Positions 1 to 10,558 of a stretch of 64,000 nt of DNA are shown here, piece by piece. This DNA comes from a bacterium (GTDB taxonomy: Bacteria > Patescibacteriota > Dojkabacteria > SC72), in contig JALHDC010000004.1 of assembly GCA_022840695.1 (NCBI GenBank), forward strand, positions 22,907 to 86,906, given 5' to 3'. The position numbers and the translations under genes are program-made. A model generated the notes under the pieces. That model saw only the letters and a list, made by a program, of their open reading frames with translations. It searched no databases and was not told where the DNA came from. The first letter of the stretch is position 1. Every line of letters starts with the position of its first letter.

Positions 1-1543
1 CTATAGAACCAAAGCTAGAAACATGTATGGAGGAGAAAGTGCATGGTCTAATACGGTATTTAGTATGCAGGATTCAAGTGGTCCTCTAATTGAAATATTA
101 AGCATATCTGATGCAGGGGGAAATAATACTACCGAATGGGAAAAAGACTTCTCTATAAACATAAGATACAGAATTAAAGACAATATAGGTATAAGTAGTA
201 GAGAATTCTGGTGTCTAGATCAACAAAATAATAGATATGAATGCCAACATACAGCATCATTAGCTGGGGATATCTGGAGTATATCTATAAAGCTAAAAGA
301 TCTAAATAACAAAGATAATTGGACTCTCTTTAACTCCTATAAATTCTGTGTAGAAGCTAAAGACCAAGTTCAGAATGTAACTAGAAATTGTGATGCCCTT
401 TTCCAAGTTCCAGATAAAGAAAGCCCAGAGGAACCAACAGAACCAGAAATACCAACAGAACCTAAACCTCCAATAATCCCAGAAATACCAAAAATACCTT
501 TGGTTGAAAAAGTAACTAAGATTGTAAAAGAGGTCTTTGATAATACAATAGCAAAATTAGAACCTGAACAATTACAAGATGTAACAGTAACGACTGCTAC
601 TGCAAATGTGGCAGTGGGATTTGGATTCATACTAACATCCTTAGGATATATTCCATATTTCATACTTCAAACGATATTAGCAATCCTGAGTCTTCTTGGA
701 TTTAGAAAAAAAGGAAATGTAACTGGATATGTATATAACTCTTTAACCAAAGCTCCAATACCTCAAGCCATAGTAAGAATATTTAATGAAAGCCATGAAT
801 TAATATGGACAGATGTAACAGATTCAAATGGATACTTTAGAACACCAGATATGGATGATGCAGAGTATTACATGAAAATCACAGCTAGAAACTTCACATT
901 TCCATCTAAGATAGTTTTTGGAAAAACGGACTTTCCTCTTGAGAATGTATACCACGGAGATCCTTTCCTAACAAGAAAGAATAAAATACCAAACTTCTCT
1001 ATACCTATGGACCAGAACGAGGTAAGTAATATAGAAAAGATATTTGCATCCTTCATATCAAGAACAAAAGCTCTATGGAAATCGTTGCACATAATACTAT
1101 TCTTAATAGGGCTACTCTTCAGTACCTATGCACTCTACACAACCCCAATATGGATAAACTATGTAATAGTAGCAATATATATACCTGCACTAATAGCTTT
1201 AATATTCTCGTTCTTTAGCAAAAAAGAAAAATATGGGGTAGTTAGAGATAAAAAAGGTAAGATAGTTGCAGGTGCAATAATAGGATTAAATGAGAATCAA
1301 TTTGACAAACTAGTATCAAAAAGAATTTCTGATAGCTTAGGTAGATACAAATTCATAGTGAATAAAGGTATTTACAATATCTCTGTAATGAATTCAGACC
1401 TTAAGGTTATTAATGAGGAAAAGCTTACAAACTTAGAAGTAAAAGAGGATGGGGGTAACTTGCTTTGTCCAAATATTTTTGTAAAGAAACTGGAAGACAC
1501 AAGTAAAGAAGATGAGATAATGGAACCGCCGAAAGAACTCTAA
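1..1543 (+). CDS. C-terminal part of a large surface protein (FN3/Ig-like end, Pro/Glu linker, TM + carboxypeptidase-regulatory-like domains); truncated by the window edge
   Basis: Frame is open from base 2 (YRTKARNMYGGESAWS, FN3 C-terminal strand motif); C-terminal ~330 aa align by eye with the end of 39754..45228. Confidence 0.8.
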   Translation, partial: YRTKARNMYGGESAWSNTVFSMQDSSGPLIEILSISDAGGNNTTEWEKDFSINIRYRIKDNIGISSREFWCLDQQNNRYECQHTASLAGDIWSISIKLKDLNNKDNWTLFNSYKFCVEAKDQVQNVTRNCDALFQVPDKESPEEPTEPEIPTEPKPPIIPEIPKIPLVEKVTKIVKEVFDNTIAKLEPEQLQDVTVTTATANVAVGFGFILTSLGYIPYFILQTILAILSLLGFRKKGNVTGYVYNSLTKAPIPQAIVRIFNESHELIWTDVTDSNGYFRTPDMDDAEYYMKITARNFTFPSKIVFGKTDFPLENVYHGDPFLTRKNKIPNFSIPMDQNEVSNIEKIFASFISRTKALWKSLHIILFLIGLLFSTYALYTTPIWINYVIVAIYIPALIALIFSFFSKKEKYGVVRDKKGKIVAGAIIGLNENQFDKLVSKRISDSLGRYKFIVNKGIYNISVMNSDLKVINEEKLTNLEVKEDGGNLLCPNIFVKKLEDTSKEDEIMEPPKEL

Positions 1544-1605
1544 GTTAATTAATATTGAAAAAAACCTTTTAGATTGGTATTATCACAGTGTCGATAATGA
1601 ATCAT

Positions 1606-1681
1606 GGGAGTATAGCTCAATTGGTAGAGCAAGCGGCTCTTAACCGCTAGGTTCAGGGTTCGAGCCCCTGTACTCTCACCA
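1606..1681 (+). tRNA. tRNA-Lys(CTT)
   Basis: Cloverleaf GGGAGTA...TACTCTC-A-CCA; anticodon arm AGCGG-CT-CTT-AA-CCGCT; T-loop TTCGAGC. Confidence 0.97.
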
Positions 1682-1761
1682 TTACGTTAAAGGTAGTCAA
1701 TAATCCCTAGATAACAATCACTATACGATCTTTTTAGCAAAAATTTAATATACTATCAGTC

Positions 1762-3402
1762 TTACAATTTCTTATCCATATATAACTCTCCATCACTAAA
1801 ACCTCTTTTCCTGTAATACTCTCTAGTACCAATTGCAGATATTACTGAAATCTTCTCAAATCCGTAATCTTTTGATATCTCTTCAGCAATACCTATTAAC
1901 TTCTTTCCAAGTCCCAAATGTTGAGACTCTCCACTACTTCTATCCTTAATCCCAAGAACCTTTCCATATACATGAACCTCTCTGATTAATGAACAACCCT
2001 CTATCTCTTTAAGAAAATGTTTCCTTTTATATTTTTTCTTCGGTAATGACAATCTAAGAAATCCACAAATTTTATCATCAATCTTTGTATTGTAAGAAAG
2101 AAATATCTCCCTACTTACAGTACTCTCATATTCTATCTGTTCCAAAACCAAATCCTTCAGATCAACACTCTCTCCCTTTATCTCTCTGTTCCTAATATCC
2201 CCAACAAATACTCCATCTTTTTTTAAACTCATTTCAACGATCTGTCTTAAATTACTCCTTTTATTCCCAGCTACAATATCTCCTGCAGGAATATCTCGTA
2301 TAATTCTTGTTAATCTACAATACCTGGGTGTTAAAGGTAGGATCCTTTTTAAAACATACTCTAATTCTTCATCTGTATACGGCTTGTAGATATCTTTTAA
2401 ATACAATTCATGAAGTTTTGTATTCTCAATTATAGAGGTAGGATATATCTTCAACTCATCAGGACTAAATTTCTTGCTCCATAGTTTTTTGTAATCAGCT
2501 ATATCCTTCTTTACAGAAGAACCGTACAAATTAGGCATCCAATGGCCATGGATCTTAAAACCCATTCGCCTTAATATCTCGAAAGCTCTCTGAGTATCTT
2601 GCCTTGTCCTCCCAATATCATTCTTCCTTAACACTTTGTTAGACAATGATTGAATACCAATCTGTACCTTTGTACATCCCAACCTCCTCATATGTATTAC
2701 CTCTTCTTCAGAAATATAGTCAGGTCTAGTCTCAACAACTAATCCCACATTCCTACAATATGCATTCTCATTTTCTTTCTGAACCTTTTCCAAATCTTCC
2801 CAAGTAACTATTGGAAGAGAAGTACTTTCAGGATCAATATATTCAGTTGTATCTTTCCCTACATCATTTAATGCTCTAAAACATTCATATATGAAAGAAA
2901 GACGATACTGCTCAATGTAGAAATTCCAAGTTCCACCTAATACTATCAATTCTACCTTCTCAATATTATGTCCAACACTCTTTAATGCAACTAATCTGTT
3001 AAACACCTGTGCATATGGATTAAACTTGTTACTTAATGCTCTCTGTGCACCAGGTTCAGAAGAAATATAGCTTTTGGGCATATTAGCATCATTAGGACAA
3101 TATATACATTTTCCTGGGCATGGATACGGTTTTGTTAATACTGTAACAGTAGCTACTCCCGAATTAGTCCTTGTTGGTTTCATCCTAATTCTTTCTTCCA
3201 CAGTATCATCACTTCTTTTTAAAAGAGTTGTATATGCAGCAACAAGCTCATCCTTTCTAAACATTTGCTTCCCATTCTTTGGATATTTTCTTAGGATCTT
3301 TTGTAAAGAAGACTCATTCCAATCTTTTTCTTTAGATATTTCATCTAGAATATTCAAAAGAATTTTTCTATGTTTTTCAGTATCAATGTCAAAATTTTTC
3401 AT
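1762..3402 (-). CDS. elp3: Elp3-family radical SAM/GNAT tRNA U34 carboxymethyltransferase
   Basis: CPGKCIYCP radical SAM motif, PKSY, ETRPD, LKIYPT, REVHVYG, QHLGLG and ISAIGTREYYRKRG Elp3 motifs. Confidence 0.93.
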   Translation of the reverse strand: MKNFDIDTEKHRKILLNILDEISKEKDWNESSLQKILRKYPKNGKQMFRKDELVAAYTTLLKRSDDTVEERIRMKPTRTNSGVATVTVLTKPYPCPGKCIYCPNDANMPKSYISSEPGAQRALSNKFNPYAQVFNRLVALKSVGHNIEKVELIVLGGTWNFYIEQYRLSFIYECFRALNDVGKDTTEYIDPESTSLPIVTWEDLEKVQKENENAYCRNVGLVVETRPDYISEEEVIHMRRLGCTKVQIGIQSLSNKVLRKNDIGRTRQDTQRAFEILRRMGFKIHGHWMPNLYGSSVKKDIADYKKLWSKKFSPDELKIYPTSIIENTKLHELYLKDIYKPYTDEELEYVLKRILPLTPRYCRLTRIIRDIPAGDIVAGNKRSNLRQIVEMSLKKDGVFVGDIRNREIKGESVDLKDLVLEQIEYESTVSREIFLSYNTKIDDKICGFLRLSLPKKKYKRKHFLKEIEGCSLIREVHVYGKVLGIKDRSSGESQHLGLGKKLIGIAEEISKDYGFEKISVISAIGTREYYRKRGFSDGELYMDKKL

Positions 3403-3458
3403 TTTAGTAATTATTTGATATTCTAGATATTATCTAATATTTCAACTATTCTTGCCAT

Positions 3459-4067
3459 ATGGGAAAGATTCTAACAGAAAGAACATTAATATTGGTTAAA
3501 CCAGATGTAATACAAAGACAGATAGTGGGAGAGATATTGAGTAGGTTTGAGAGAAAAGGATTTAAGATAGTGGGGATGAAAATGGTTAATGCAAGCAAGG
3601 AACAAATACAAGATCATTATACTGATGAGGAAAGCTACTTAATTGAAACAGGAGAGAAGGCTAAAAAAGGAGCTATCGCCAGAGGAGAGGATGTATCAAA
3701 TTGGAACTCTTTAGAGAAAGGGAAGATCATTAGAAAAAATAATGTGGTATATCTCACCTGTGGCCCAATCATTGCAATGGTTTTGGAAGGTCATGGTGTG
3801 GTATCTGGAGTTAGAAAGGTTTTGGGTAGCACAAGTCCAGCAGATGGTGATGTAGGAACTATACGGGATGATTACTCTTTTGATACCTATGCCTTAGCAG
3901 ATTATGTCTCTAGGGCAACGAGAACAATGCTTCATGCTTCTGATTCTCCAGAAAATGCAGAAAGAGAGGTAAAGATATGGTTCAAAGAAAATGAATTATG
4001 TAATAATTACGAAACAGTTGCTGAAAAAATATTCTTTGATTCTTCTTGGGATCACTTAGACGAATAA
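3459..4067 (+). CDS. ndk: nucleoside diphosphate kinase
   Basis: ERTLILVKPD, GTIRDD and HASDS (catalytic His) motifs. Confidence 0.95.
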   Translation: MGKILTERTLILVKPDVIQRQIVGEILSRFERKGFKIVGMKMVNASKEQIQDHYTDEESYLIETGEKAKKGAIARGEDVSNWNSLEKGKIIRKNNVVYLTCGPIIAMVLEGHGVVSGVRKVLGSTSPADGDVGTIRDDYSFDTYALADYVSRATRTMLHASDSPENAEREVKIWFKENELCNNYETVAEKIFFDSSWDHLDE

Positions 4068-4742
4068 TAGGAAAAGGACAACCACTACTATTAATGATGG
4101 GAGTAGATTAAGAACAGATATTTTCTTTAATTCTAATAGATTAATACCGATTCCTAATATTAATATTCCTCCTGTACTTGTTAAATACTGTATTAACGAT
4201 TCTGTAAAGAAATTTCCAAAGAATGATGCAAGTAGAGTTAATCCTCCTTGGAATATTAACATGGGTATTACAGAGAATATCACACCAACTCCGAAGGTTG
4301 ATACTAGAGCAATAGAGGTAAATCCATCTAGTACTGATTTTGTAATTAACAAACTATTGTCTCCACTTATACCTTCGTTAATTGCACCTAATATCGTCAT
4401 AGAACCAATGCAGTATATTAGAAAAGCAGTAATTAAACCTTCGTTAAATTTTGAATCCTTCAAATTGAGTTTATTCTTTAAACCACTAGATAAATTATCT
4501 AATCTCTCCTCAAGATTTAGCAAAACACCTATTAAACCTCCTATGAGAACAGAGAAAATTATAATCAAAGGATTAGGGAATGGTATAGCCATTGAAATAC
4601 CAAGAAGTATGGTAAATAATCCTATCCCCTGAAATATTATCTTTTTATATTTCTCTGGAAGTGAGTTTTTAATTAGTATTCCTAAAGAGCCTCCTAATAT
4701 TACGGAAAAAATATTAATAAATGTCCCTACTGGTATGTTCAT
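4056..4742 (-). CDS. DUF554 family membrane protein
   Basis: GTFIN...GG.LG start, CIGSMTILGAINEG, KSVLDG, NLLPSL; multiple TM helices. Confidence 0.88.
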   Translation of the reverse strand: MNIPVGTFINIFSVILGGSLGILIKNSLPEKYKKIIFQGIGLFTILLGISMAIPFPNPLIIIFSVLIGGLIGVLLNLEERLDNLSSGLKNKLNLKDSKFNEGLITAFLIYCIGSMTILGAINEGISGDNSLLITKSVLDGFTSIALVSTFGVGVIFSVIPMLIFQGGLTLLASFFGNFFTESLIQYLTSTGGILILGIGINLLELKKISVLNLLPSLIVVVVLFLLFV

Positions 4743-4758
4743 AATGTTGGAGATTGTA

Positions 4759-5382
4759 TCACAATTTTAATATGTCCTCTATTTCTGCCATTTTCTCTGT
4801 ATTTGCATCTTTCTTTTTCTCATTCTCACTTAAGAATTTCTGTAATTTCTTGAAATCTTCTTTCATTGTTTCTTTAAGATTTGGATTGTATAGGGCTGCT
4901 GCAGGATGGTACATAGCAAATACTGGAATACCGGTAGAGTGTGTGAATGATTCTCCATGATCTACAGATATATGAGCATCTGGTATGAATTTCCCTAATG
5001 CATGCCTTCCTAAGGTTACAATAACTTTAGGTTTAATGAAAAGTAGTTCGGAATTTAACCAAACTCTACATGCTTTCTTCTCTTCATCATTTGGTTCTCT
5101 ATTATTCGGAGGTCTGTATTTAACTACATTAGTAACATATACTTCATCCCTTTTTAAATCTATTGTTTTTAATAGCTCATCTAAGAATTTCCCAGCTGTT
5201 CCTACAAAGGGTCTCCCTTGTAAATCTTCATTTCTTCCAGGAGCTTCTCCTATGAAAAGTATTCCTGATGATGGGGATTCAATTTCATACACAGGTTGGG
5301 TAGCAGTTTCTTTAAGCTTGCATGAGTTGTGTACAGCATAGTACTGATGTAATTCTTTTAATGATTTAAAATCGGATTGCAT
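4759..5382 (-). CDS. udg: uracil-DNA glycosylase, family 4
   Basis: GEAPG..ED..GRPFVG, TNVVKYRPPNNR, YHPAA motifs. Confidence 0.92.
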   Translation of the reverse strand: MQSDFKSLKELHQYYAVHNSCKLKETATQPVYEIESPSSGILFIGEAPGRNEDLQGRPFVGTAGKFLDELLKTIDLKRDEVYVTNVVKYRPPNNREPNDEEKKACRVWLNSELLFIKPKVIVTLGRHALGKFIPDAHISVDHGESFTHSTGIPVFAMYHPAAALYNPNLKETMKEDFKKLQKFLSENEKKKDANTEKMAEIEDILKL

Positions 5383-5474
5383 ATATTCATTATACTACAC
5401 TAAATAAGTTCACCATGATTTCACTTGTTCTTTTGTATATTTGTAGCATATTTAATTTATTATTCTATACATAT

Positions 5475-5963
5475 ATGAAGAAAGTAATCATATATTCAAC
5501 CTTAGGAGCAGTACTAGTTCTCACTGGTTCATATGCAGTATCAAATGTATATGCACAAGAATTTGGATTAGGGAATGTTTCTGAGGAGGTTCGGGAAGAG
5601 CATATCGCAGAGAGAGAAGCAGAGCGAGCCGAAATAGTGGCTCAAGCTGTAGAAGAGGGTGCTCTCACAGATAGACAAGCAGAAATTTTAGCTGCTATGT
5701 CAGAATTAAGACCAGCAGGAGGTAGAGGTATGTTTGGTGCAGGTCATGACCTTACAGAGGAAGAGAGAGAGGCTCTAAGGGAGGAAATGAGAGCTCAAAG
5801 AGATGGAAGTATGTTAGAGGATCTAAATGAATTAGGTCTGAATGTAACAGAAGAAGAGCTTCTTGAGCTTAAGGAAGTGAGAGAAGAATTAGGTTTGATG
5901 GGAAATCAACACAGAAGAAATGGTACTGGTGGAATGGGAACAGGCGAGTGTCCAAATCTTTAA
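5475..5963 (+). CDS. secreted helical Glu/Arg/Gly-rich protein upstream of a two-component system
   Basis: ATG at 5475 gives signal peptide MKKVIIYSTLGAVLVLTGSYAVSNVYA; ends GMGTGECPNL. Confidence 0.7.
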   Translation: MKKVIIYSTLGAVLVLTGSYAVSNVYAQEFGLGNVSEEVREEHIAEREAERAEIVAQAVEEGALTDRQAEILAAMSELRPAGGRGMFGAGHDLTEEEREALREEMRAQRDGSMLEDLNELGLNVTEEELLELKEVREELGLMGNQHRRNGTGGMGTGECPNL

Positions 5964-5982
5964 GAAAGAAAGATTTGGGTAT

Positions 5983-6009
5983 ATACCAGGGTGTAAATCA
6001 CCCTGGTAT
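5983..6009. terminator. GC-rich hairpin after the secreted-protein gene
   Basis: ATACCAGGGTG-taaat-CACCCTGGTAT perfect 11-bp stem; only a weak U-tract. Confidence 0.5.
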
Positions 6010-6033
6010 TGGTAAAATAGTATAATTAGAGAT

Positions 6034-6693
6034 ATGAAAATACTTATAGTGGAAGATCAAGATGAATTAAGAAGTTTAGTTAGGAAATTCTTAGAGAAGA
6101 ATGGATATTTAATAGATGAAGCAGATGATGGTGAAAAAGGGTTAGACTTAATATTAACCAATGGGTATGATTGTATACTTTTAGATCTGAATCTTCCTAA
6201 AATTGATGGTGTAGATATTGCAAAGAGGATGAAAGAAGACGGAATAGTAACTCCAATCATAATGTTGACTGCTAGGTCTCAAATATATGACAAATTAATG
6301 GGTTTTGATTCAGGTGCTGATGACTACATTACTAAACCTTTTGATATGAAGGAATTGTTAGCCAGAATAAAGGCTGTTATGAGTAGAGGGAAAAGCAAGG
6401 GTGTTAATATTGCTTTTGGAAAGTATGAAGTATTTCCAGAAAAGAATTTAGTGAAAATAGAGAAGAAAGATGTGATCCTTAGTAATAAGGAGATGGGTGT
6501 TTTAGAATATCTTTTGCAGAATAATGATAGGATAATTTCTGCAGAGGAACTTTTAGAACATGTCTGGGATAGTGAAATAGATATGTTTTCAAATACAGTC
6601 AAGACACATATCAAGACATTGAGGCAGAAGATAGATCCAAATAAAAGATATATTAAAACTGTTAGGGGAAAGGGATATATTTATGAAAATTAA
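6034..6693 (+). CDS. OmpR-family response regulator
   Basis: MKILIVED, LLDLNLP.IDG, GADDYITKPF, wHTH ending TVRGKGY. Confidence 0.95.
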   Translation: MKILIVEDQDELRSLVRKFLEKNGYLIDEADDGEKGLDLILTNGYDCILLDLNLPKIDGVDIAKRMKEDGIVTPIIMLTARSQIYDKLMGFDSGADDYITKPFDMKELLARIKAVMSRGKSKGVNIAFGKYEVFPEKNLVKIEKKDVILSNKEMGVLEYLLQNNDRIISAEELLEHVWDSEIDMFSNTVKTHIKTLRQKIDPNKRYIKTVRGKGYIYEN

Positions 6694-7843
6694 TATGAAA
6701 TTCACAAAATCTTTAAAATTTAAATTAACGATATGGTATTCAGTAATACTTTCATTATTTTGTATAGCCTTCGTATTTAGTATTAATGTCTGGCTTACAA
6801 ACTATATGAATACCTGGCATACAGAAGGGATGGGCAGAGGATCTATTGTTGAAAGGGTTGATAGACCCAGATGGAGAGCTCTTTCTGAAGAGCAACGAAA
6901 CTTAGTAATGGAATCAAGATTAGAAGATTTAGAAAATATTAGAAGGGTATCCGTATACATGGTTATCCCTTTGGTATTGTTAAGCTTTGGTGGAGGATAT
7001 TTGATAGCGGGTTTGATGTTAAGGCCGTTAACAAAATTAAATGAAGAAATTAGAAAGAAAGAGGCTAGTACATTGGATGAAGAGATTCAGTTTGAGGATA
7101 AAGGAGATGAGATATCAGAATTAATCAAGAGTTTTAATAGGATGAGTAATAGGCTAGGAAAAACTTTTAAATCTCAAAAGCAATTTGTTGAGAATGCATC
7201 TCATGAACTTAAGACTCCTCTTTCTGTAATTCAAGCCAATTTAGATACGGTATTAGAGGATGAAAAGGTTTCTAAGAAAGAATTGAAAGAGTTATTATTA
7301 AATTCTAAGAAGCAAGTTGAAATTATGGATAGTTTAACAGAAGATCTTCTTTTGATTTCTATGATGTCTTCTGATGTTGAAATAGAAAAGGATATGGTTA
7401 ATGTTAATGAACTGACAGATGGAGTAGTGAAGGATTTGGAGATCCTAGCAAAAGATATGAGCATAGATATTAATGTTGAAAAAACTGGAAATATTAAAAT
7501 TCAAGGAAACAGAATTCTTCTTTCTAGAGCAATTAGTAATATTGTTGAGAACGGTATAAGGTATTCCAAAGGGAGCAGGATAAAGATAGGGATTCTGAGA
7601 AAAAATAAGATAGTGAAAATTTTTGTTGAAGACAATGGGGTAGGTATCCCTAAGGGTAGGGAAGTGGAAATTTTTGAGAGATTTAATAGGTTAGATAAAG
7701 GAAGATCGAGAAAAGATGGTGGCACAGGACTTGGTCTGTCAATTGCAAAAGATATAGTTAAACTTCACGATGGTTTGTTGTATGTGGATTCAAATTATAA
7801 CAAAGGGGCCAGATTTATTTTTGAATTTAAGCCTTCTTCATAA
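6683..7843 (+). CDS. HAMP-domain sensor histidine kinase
   Basis: Two TMs, HAMP, H-box ASHELKTPL, N-box NIVENG, G boxes DNGVGI/GGTGLGL. Confidence 0.95.
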   Translation: MKINMKFTKSLKFKLTIWYSVILSLFCIAFVFSINVWLTNYMNTWHTEGMGRGSIVERVDRPRWRALSEEQRNLVMESRLEDLENIRRVSVYMVIPLVLLSFGGGYLIAGLMLRPLTKLNEEIRKKEASTLDEEIQFEDKGDEISELIKSFNRMSNRLGKTFKSQKQFVENASHELKTPLSVIQANLDTVLEDEKVSKKELKELLLNSKKQVEIMDSLTEDLLLISMMSSDVEIEKDMVNVNELTDGVVKDLEILAKDMSIDINVEKTGNIKIQGNRILLSRAISNIVENGIRYSKGSRIKIGILRKNKIVKIFVEDNGVGIPKGREVEIFERFNRLDKGRSRKDGGTGLGLSIAKDIVKLHDGLLYVDSNYNKGARFIFEFKPSS

Positions 7844-8297
7844 TCTCCTTCGTCCAATTTCTTGCCCTCCCTAATTCTCCTTCTGTCAATGGCCCTTCTT
7901 TATCTTCTACATAAAATCCCATACTTTCATGTACGGGTATTCCACCTTTCTTAACTAAAAGTTTTAATATTGGCTTGTCCGCATATCCAAACATTTTTAC
8001 AAAGAATGTTAATATCTTTGAATTAACTTTTTCAATATCTACTCTTGTATCAAAAGATGTAACTTTAATATTCTCTAGAGACTCTATCCCCTTTATCATA
8101 TTCACTATAGCTTCAGTTGGTCTAAATGCCCTAGTAGGGGATCCTATTATTAAAAGATCTATGCTTTTTAAAAATTCTGGTTTAAAATCTTTTGCATTAA
8201 TAATCTTTGCAGTATCTTTCTCAAATGTTTTGTATATCTCTGTAGCTATCTTTTCCGTATTTCCAAAATAGCTATCGTATATGATTAATGTTTTCAT
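7827..8297 (-). CDS. flavodoxin-like protein
   Basis: YDSYFGNTEKIA FMN loop, GSPT, FDTR. Confidence 0.88.
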   Translation of the reverse strand: MKTLIIYDSYFGNTEKIATEIYKTFEKDTAKIINAKDFKPEFLKSIDLLIIGSPTRAFRPTEAIVNMIKGIESLENIKVTSFDTRVDIEKVNSKILTFFVKMFGYADKPILKLLVKKGGIPVHESMGFYVEDKEGPLTEGELGRARNWTKEIMKKA

Positions 8298-8315
8298 AAT
8301 ATTTAGTATATCAAA

Positions 8316-8729
8316 TTATTTAATATTTCTTAAAGAAGAAATAATTTGAATCTTTGAAGGAATTTTTTTCTTAATTTTTGGAAAATCCTTCTTGTCTCTT
8401 GTTAATATATAGTCACAGTTACTATCAAGAGCAGAGTAGTATTGTAATGTGTCTTCAAAATCAACTGTAAATTTCTCAATAGATCTCATTATAATAGGAG
8501 TTGTTAAGGGAACGATATTTATTAATTTAATAAGTTCTTTTATTTTGTTGTGAGCTTGAGTATTAGGTTTTATCTTTAGTGCATAATATATTATATGGAT
8601 ACTTAATGCCGACATATATATATTAGACTTCTCCAAATACTGTTCAAGCTTTTTAACCGAGATATTCTTTAAATCTCTATCTAAGATAATATCGAAGAAA
8701 ATGTTTGTATCAATATATATTTTCTTCAT
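8316..8729 (-). CDS. PIN-domain (VapC-like) toxin
   Basis: IYIDTNIFFD, DFEDTLQY, ILTRDKKDF. Confidence 0.9.
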   Translation of the reverse strand: MKKIYIDTNIFFDIILDRDLKNISVKKLEQYLEKSNIYMSALSIHIIYYALKIKPNTQAHNKIKELIKLINIVPLTTPIIMRSIEKFTVDFEDTLQYYSALDSNCDYILTRDKKDFPKIKKKIPSKIQIISSLRNIK

Positions 8730-9025
8730 TTGAGATATCTGCTTTCTAGATATTTTCGATATTCCTTTTTGTAATCAAAATTCTTTTTTTCTTTCTCGGT
8801 CATCTTTATACAACCTATGACATTTTCTAATATGTCTCCCACGTTAGTATTTTTGGGAGAAGAATCTTTCTTTAGTTTAATTTCGTATCTAGGAGGTATG
8901 AAATATGCCAGTGTCTCTCCTCTGTCTATAACTTCATATATTTGTCCAGCATTTAAAGAATCTTTTAGTTGCGTAAGATTGTGTCTAAAGTCTCTGAGAT
9001 TTATTTTCTTATATTCCTTTTTCAT
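8726..9025 (-). CDS. putative antitoxin (Phd/YefM-like N-terminus)
   Basis: INLRDFRHNL...YEVIDRGE pattern; ATGA overlap with the PIN gene. Confidence 0.75.
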   Translation of the reverse strand: MKKEYKKINLRDFRHNLTQLKDSLNAGQIYEVIDRGETLAYFIPPRYEIKLKKDSSPKNTNVGDILENVIGCIKMTEKEKKNFDYKKEYRKYLESRYLK

Positions 9026-9066
9026 ATGTTAAACATTAGTTTAACATTGAATCGTAAAGGTAGTCA
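9026..9066 (-). promoter_or_regulatory. TA operon promoter with overlapping palindromic operator
   Basis: Minus strand TTGACT-N18-TAAACT with extended TG; palindrome ATGTTAAAC-atta-GTTTAACAT at 9026-9047 covers the -10. Confidence 0.7.
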
Positions 9067-9127
9067 ACATGGGCCCTTCTGTTTTGGTATGATTGTATTA
9101 GTTTATAATAAAGTGTATATATGAAGC

Positions 9128-10069
9128 ATGCCTAACCTACAATCTTTCTCAAAATGTCTTTTTGATAAAACTATTAATGATATGGAATGGTGGATAAAGT
9201 CATTAGAGAAGGAATATAGCGATAATCCACAAACAGTGTCATTTCTTATAAACAAACTGGAAAGGTTCTTTGGTGAGGAAATGGGCGATAGTATAAGGGT
9301 ATTAGTGCTTACATCGGCAAGTCCTGCAGATGTGCAAGGAGGTACGATATCCAACTATATTGAATCAGACAGCCCTTTTTATAAAAATATAGACAAATCA
9401 GTTTGGGGTATAGATATGTGTTTCCCATTATTAGAATATGATTCAAGAGAAAAGAGTCCCCTTCATCCTGTTAGATCTGTTTTTAGTAGTATGGTGCATG
9501 AGAGTATGCATCTAAGATTACAGAAGAGAAAATTTTTCAATCTTATCAAAGAAGTGGAGAAGGAAAAGGATATACAAGATATTATGAAAGTTTTGAAAGA
9601 AAACAGCGGTAGTTATATGAATATCACTATGGAATTAATAACACAGTATGCAACTAGTTATATAGAAAGGGGTCTAGATTTTAATATCTCATACACTCGA
9701 GTGAGGAAGCCTTTTGATTATATTTTGGATTACGAGTTATTCAATGATGTGATATCTAATAATATTTTGTCTTTTGTAAAGCATGAGAAATTGGATGGCC
9801 CAATGTCAAGATTATTTAATAATTGGGTTAATCTTGTAGGTTATATACCAGAAGAAATAGCAGACGAATATTATGATCTAAAAGATAGAGAAGGTAATAA
9901 ACTGAAAAATAAAGATTGGAGAGAGAATAAAATTAATATATACAAAATGGCTTATCAATTGGATTTGTCATTAATGAATGAATATATGGAGAGGGGAAAG
10001 GAAATAGATAAGGAATTTGTATTAAAGCTTTACAAGTTGATAGGTGAGATATTGCCAAAAATTGATTAA
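9128..10069 (+). CDS. hypothetical protein with HExxH motif (possible zincin)
   Basis: 313-aa ORF, MVHESMH. Confidence 0.55.
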   Translation: MPNLQSFSKCLFDKTINDMEWWIKSLEKEYSDNPQTVSFLINKLERFFGEEMGDSIRVLVLTSASPADVQGGTISNYIESDSPFYKNIDKSVWGIDMCFPLLEYDSREKSPLHPVRSVFSSMVHESMHLRLQKRKFFNLIKEVEKEKDIQDIMKVLKENSGSYMNITMELITQYATSYIERGLDFNISYTRVRKPFDYILDYELFNDVISNNILSFVKHEKLDGPMSRLFNNWVNLVGYIPEEIADEYYDLKDREGNKLKNKDWRENKINIYKMAYQLDLSLMNEYMERGKEIDKEFVLKLYKLIGEILPKID

Positions 10070-10074
10070 TATCT

Positions 10075-10506
10075 TTACTTCTTCCCTGTAGTTCCAAATC
10101 CACCTCTGTCCTTGTTTTCCATTTTTTCAACTTCTTTAACATCTACTCTTGCTACAGGTAGTATTAATATCTGACAACATCTAGTACCTTTTTCAATAGT
10201 TACTTCTTCATTAGTATAATTTAATGCAGGAAACATATATTCATCATTATCTCCACAATAATCATGATCTCCAACTCCTAAACCATTAGCACATGTTATA
10301 CCTAATTTATATGTAGAACTTCTTCCTGCTAATAATACAAAGTATCCTTCAGGTATCTCTATTGCTACATTAAGAGGTATGAGTTTAACTTCTTTAGGTT
10401 GTATAGTAACTGTTTCTCGACTATACATATCTAATGCTACGGCACCATCTGTTTTATACTCTGGTAATGGTATATCTTTATCAAATCTTTTTATCTTTAT
10501 TTTCAT
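10075..10506 (-). CDS. dut: dUTP diphosphatase
   Basis: GAVALD, RSS, DHDYCG, RGGFGTTG motifs; likely ATG at 10506. Confidence 0.93.
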   Translation of the reverse strand: MKIKIKRFDKDIPLPEYKTDGAVALDMYSRETVTIQPKEVKLIPLNVAIEIPEGYFVLLAGRSSTYKLGITCANGLGVGDHDYCGDNDEYMFPALNYTNEEVTIEKGTRCCQILILPVARVDVKEVEKMENKDRGGFGTTGKK

Positions 10507-10558
10507 AGTATCATTATTACATAACAATACCTTTTTTTAAAATCAATTCTAATATAGA

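Noticed and set aside
1688-1700. TAAAGGTAGTCAA shared with 9055-9067
   Set aside because: A single 13-bp match containing a -35-like TTGACT; no further homology, so chance cannot be excluded.
1606-3402. Functional link between tRNA-Lys and adjacent elp3
   Set aside because: The anticodon is CUU (C34), not an Elp3 substrate, and the genes are convergent.
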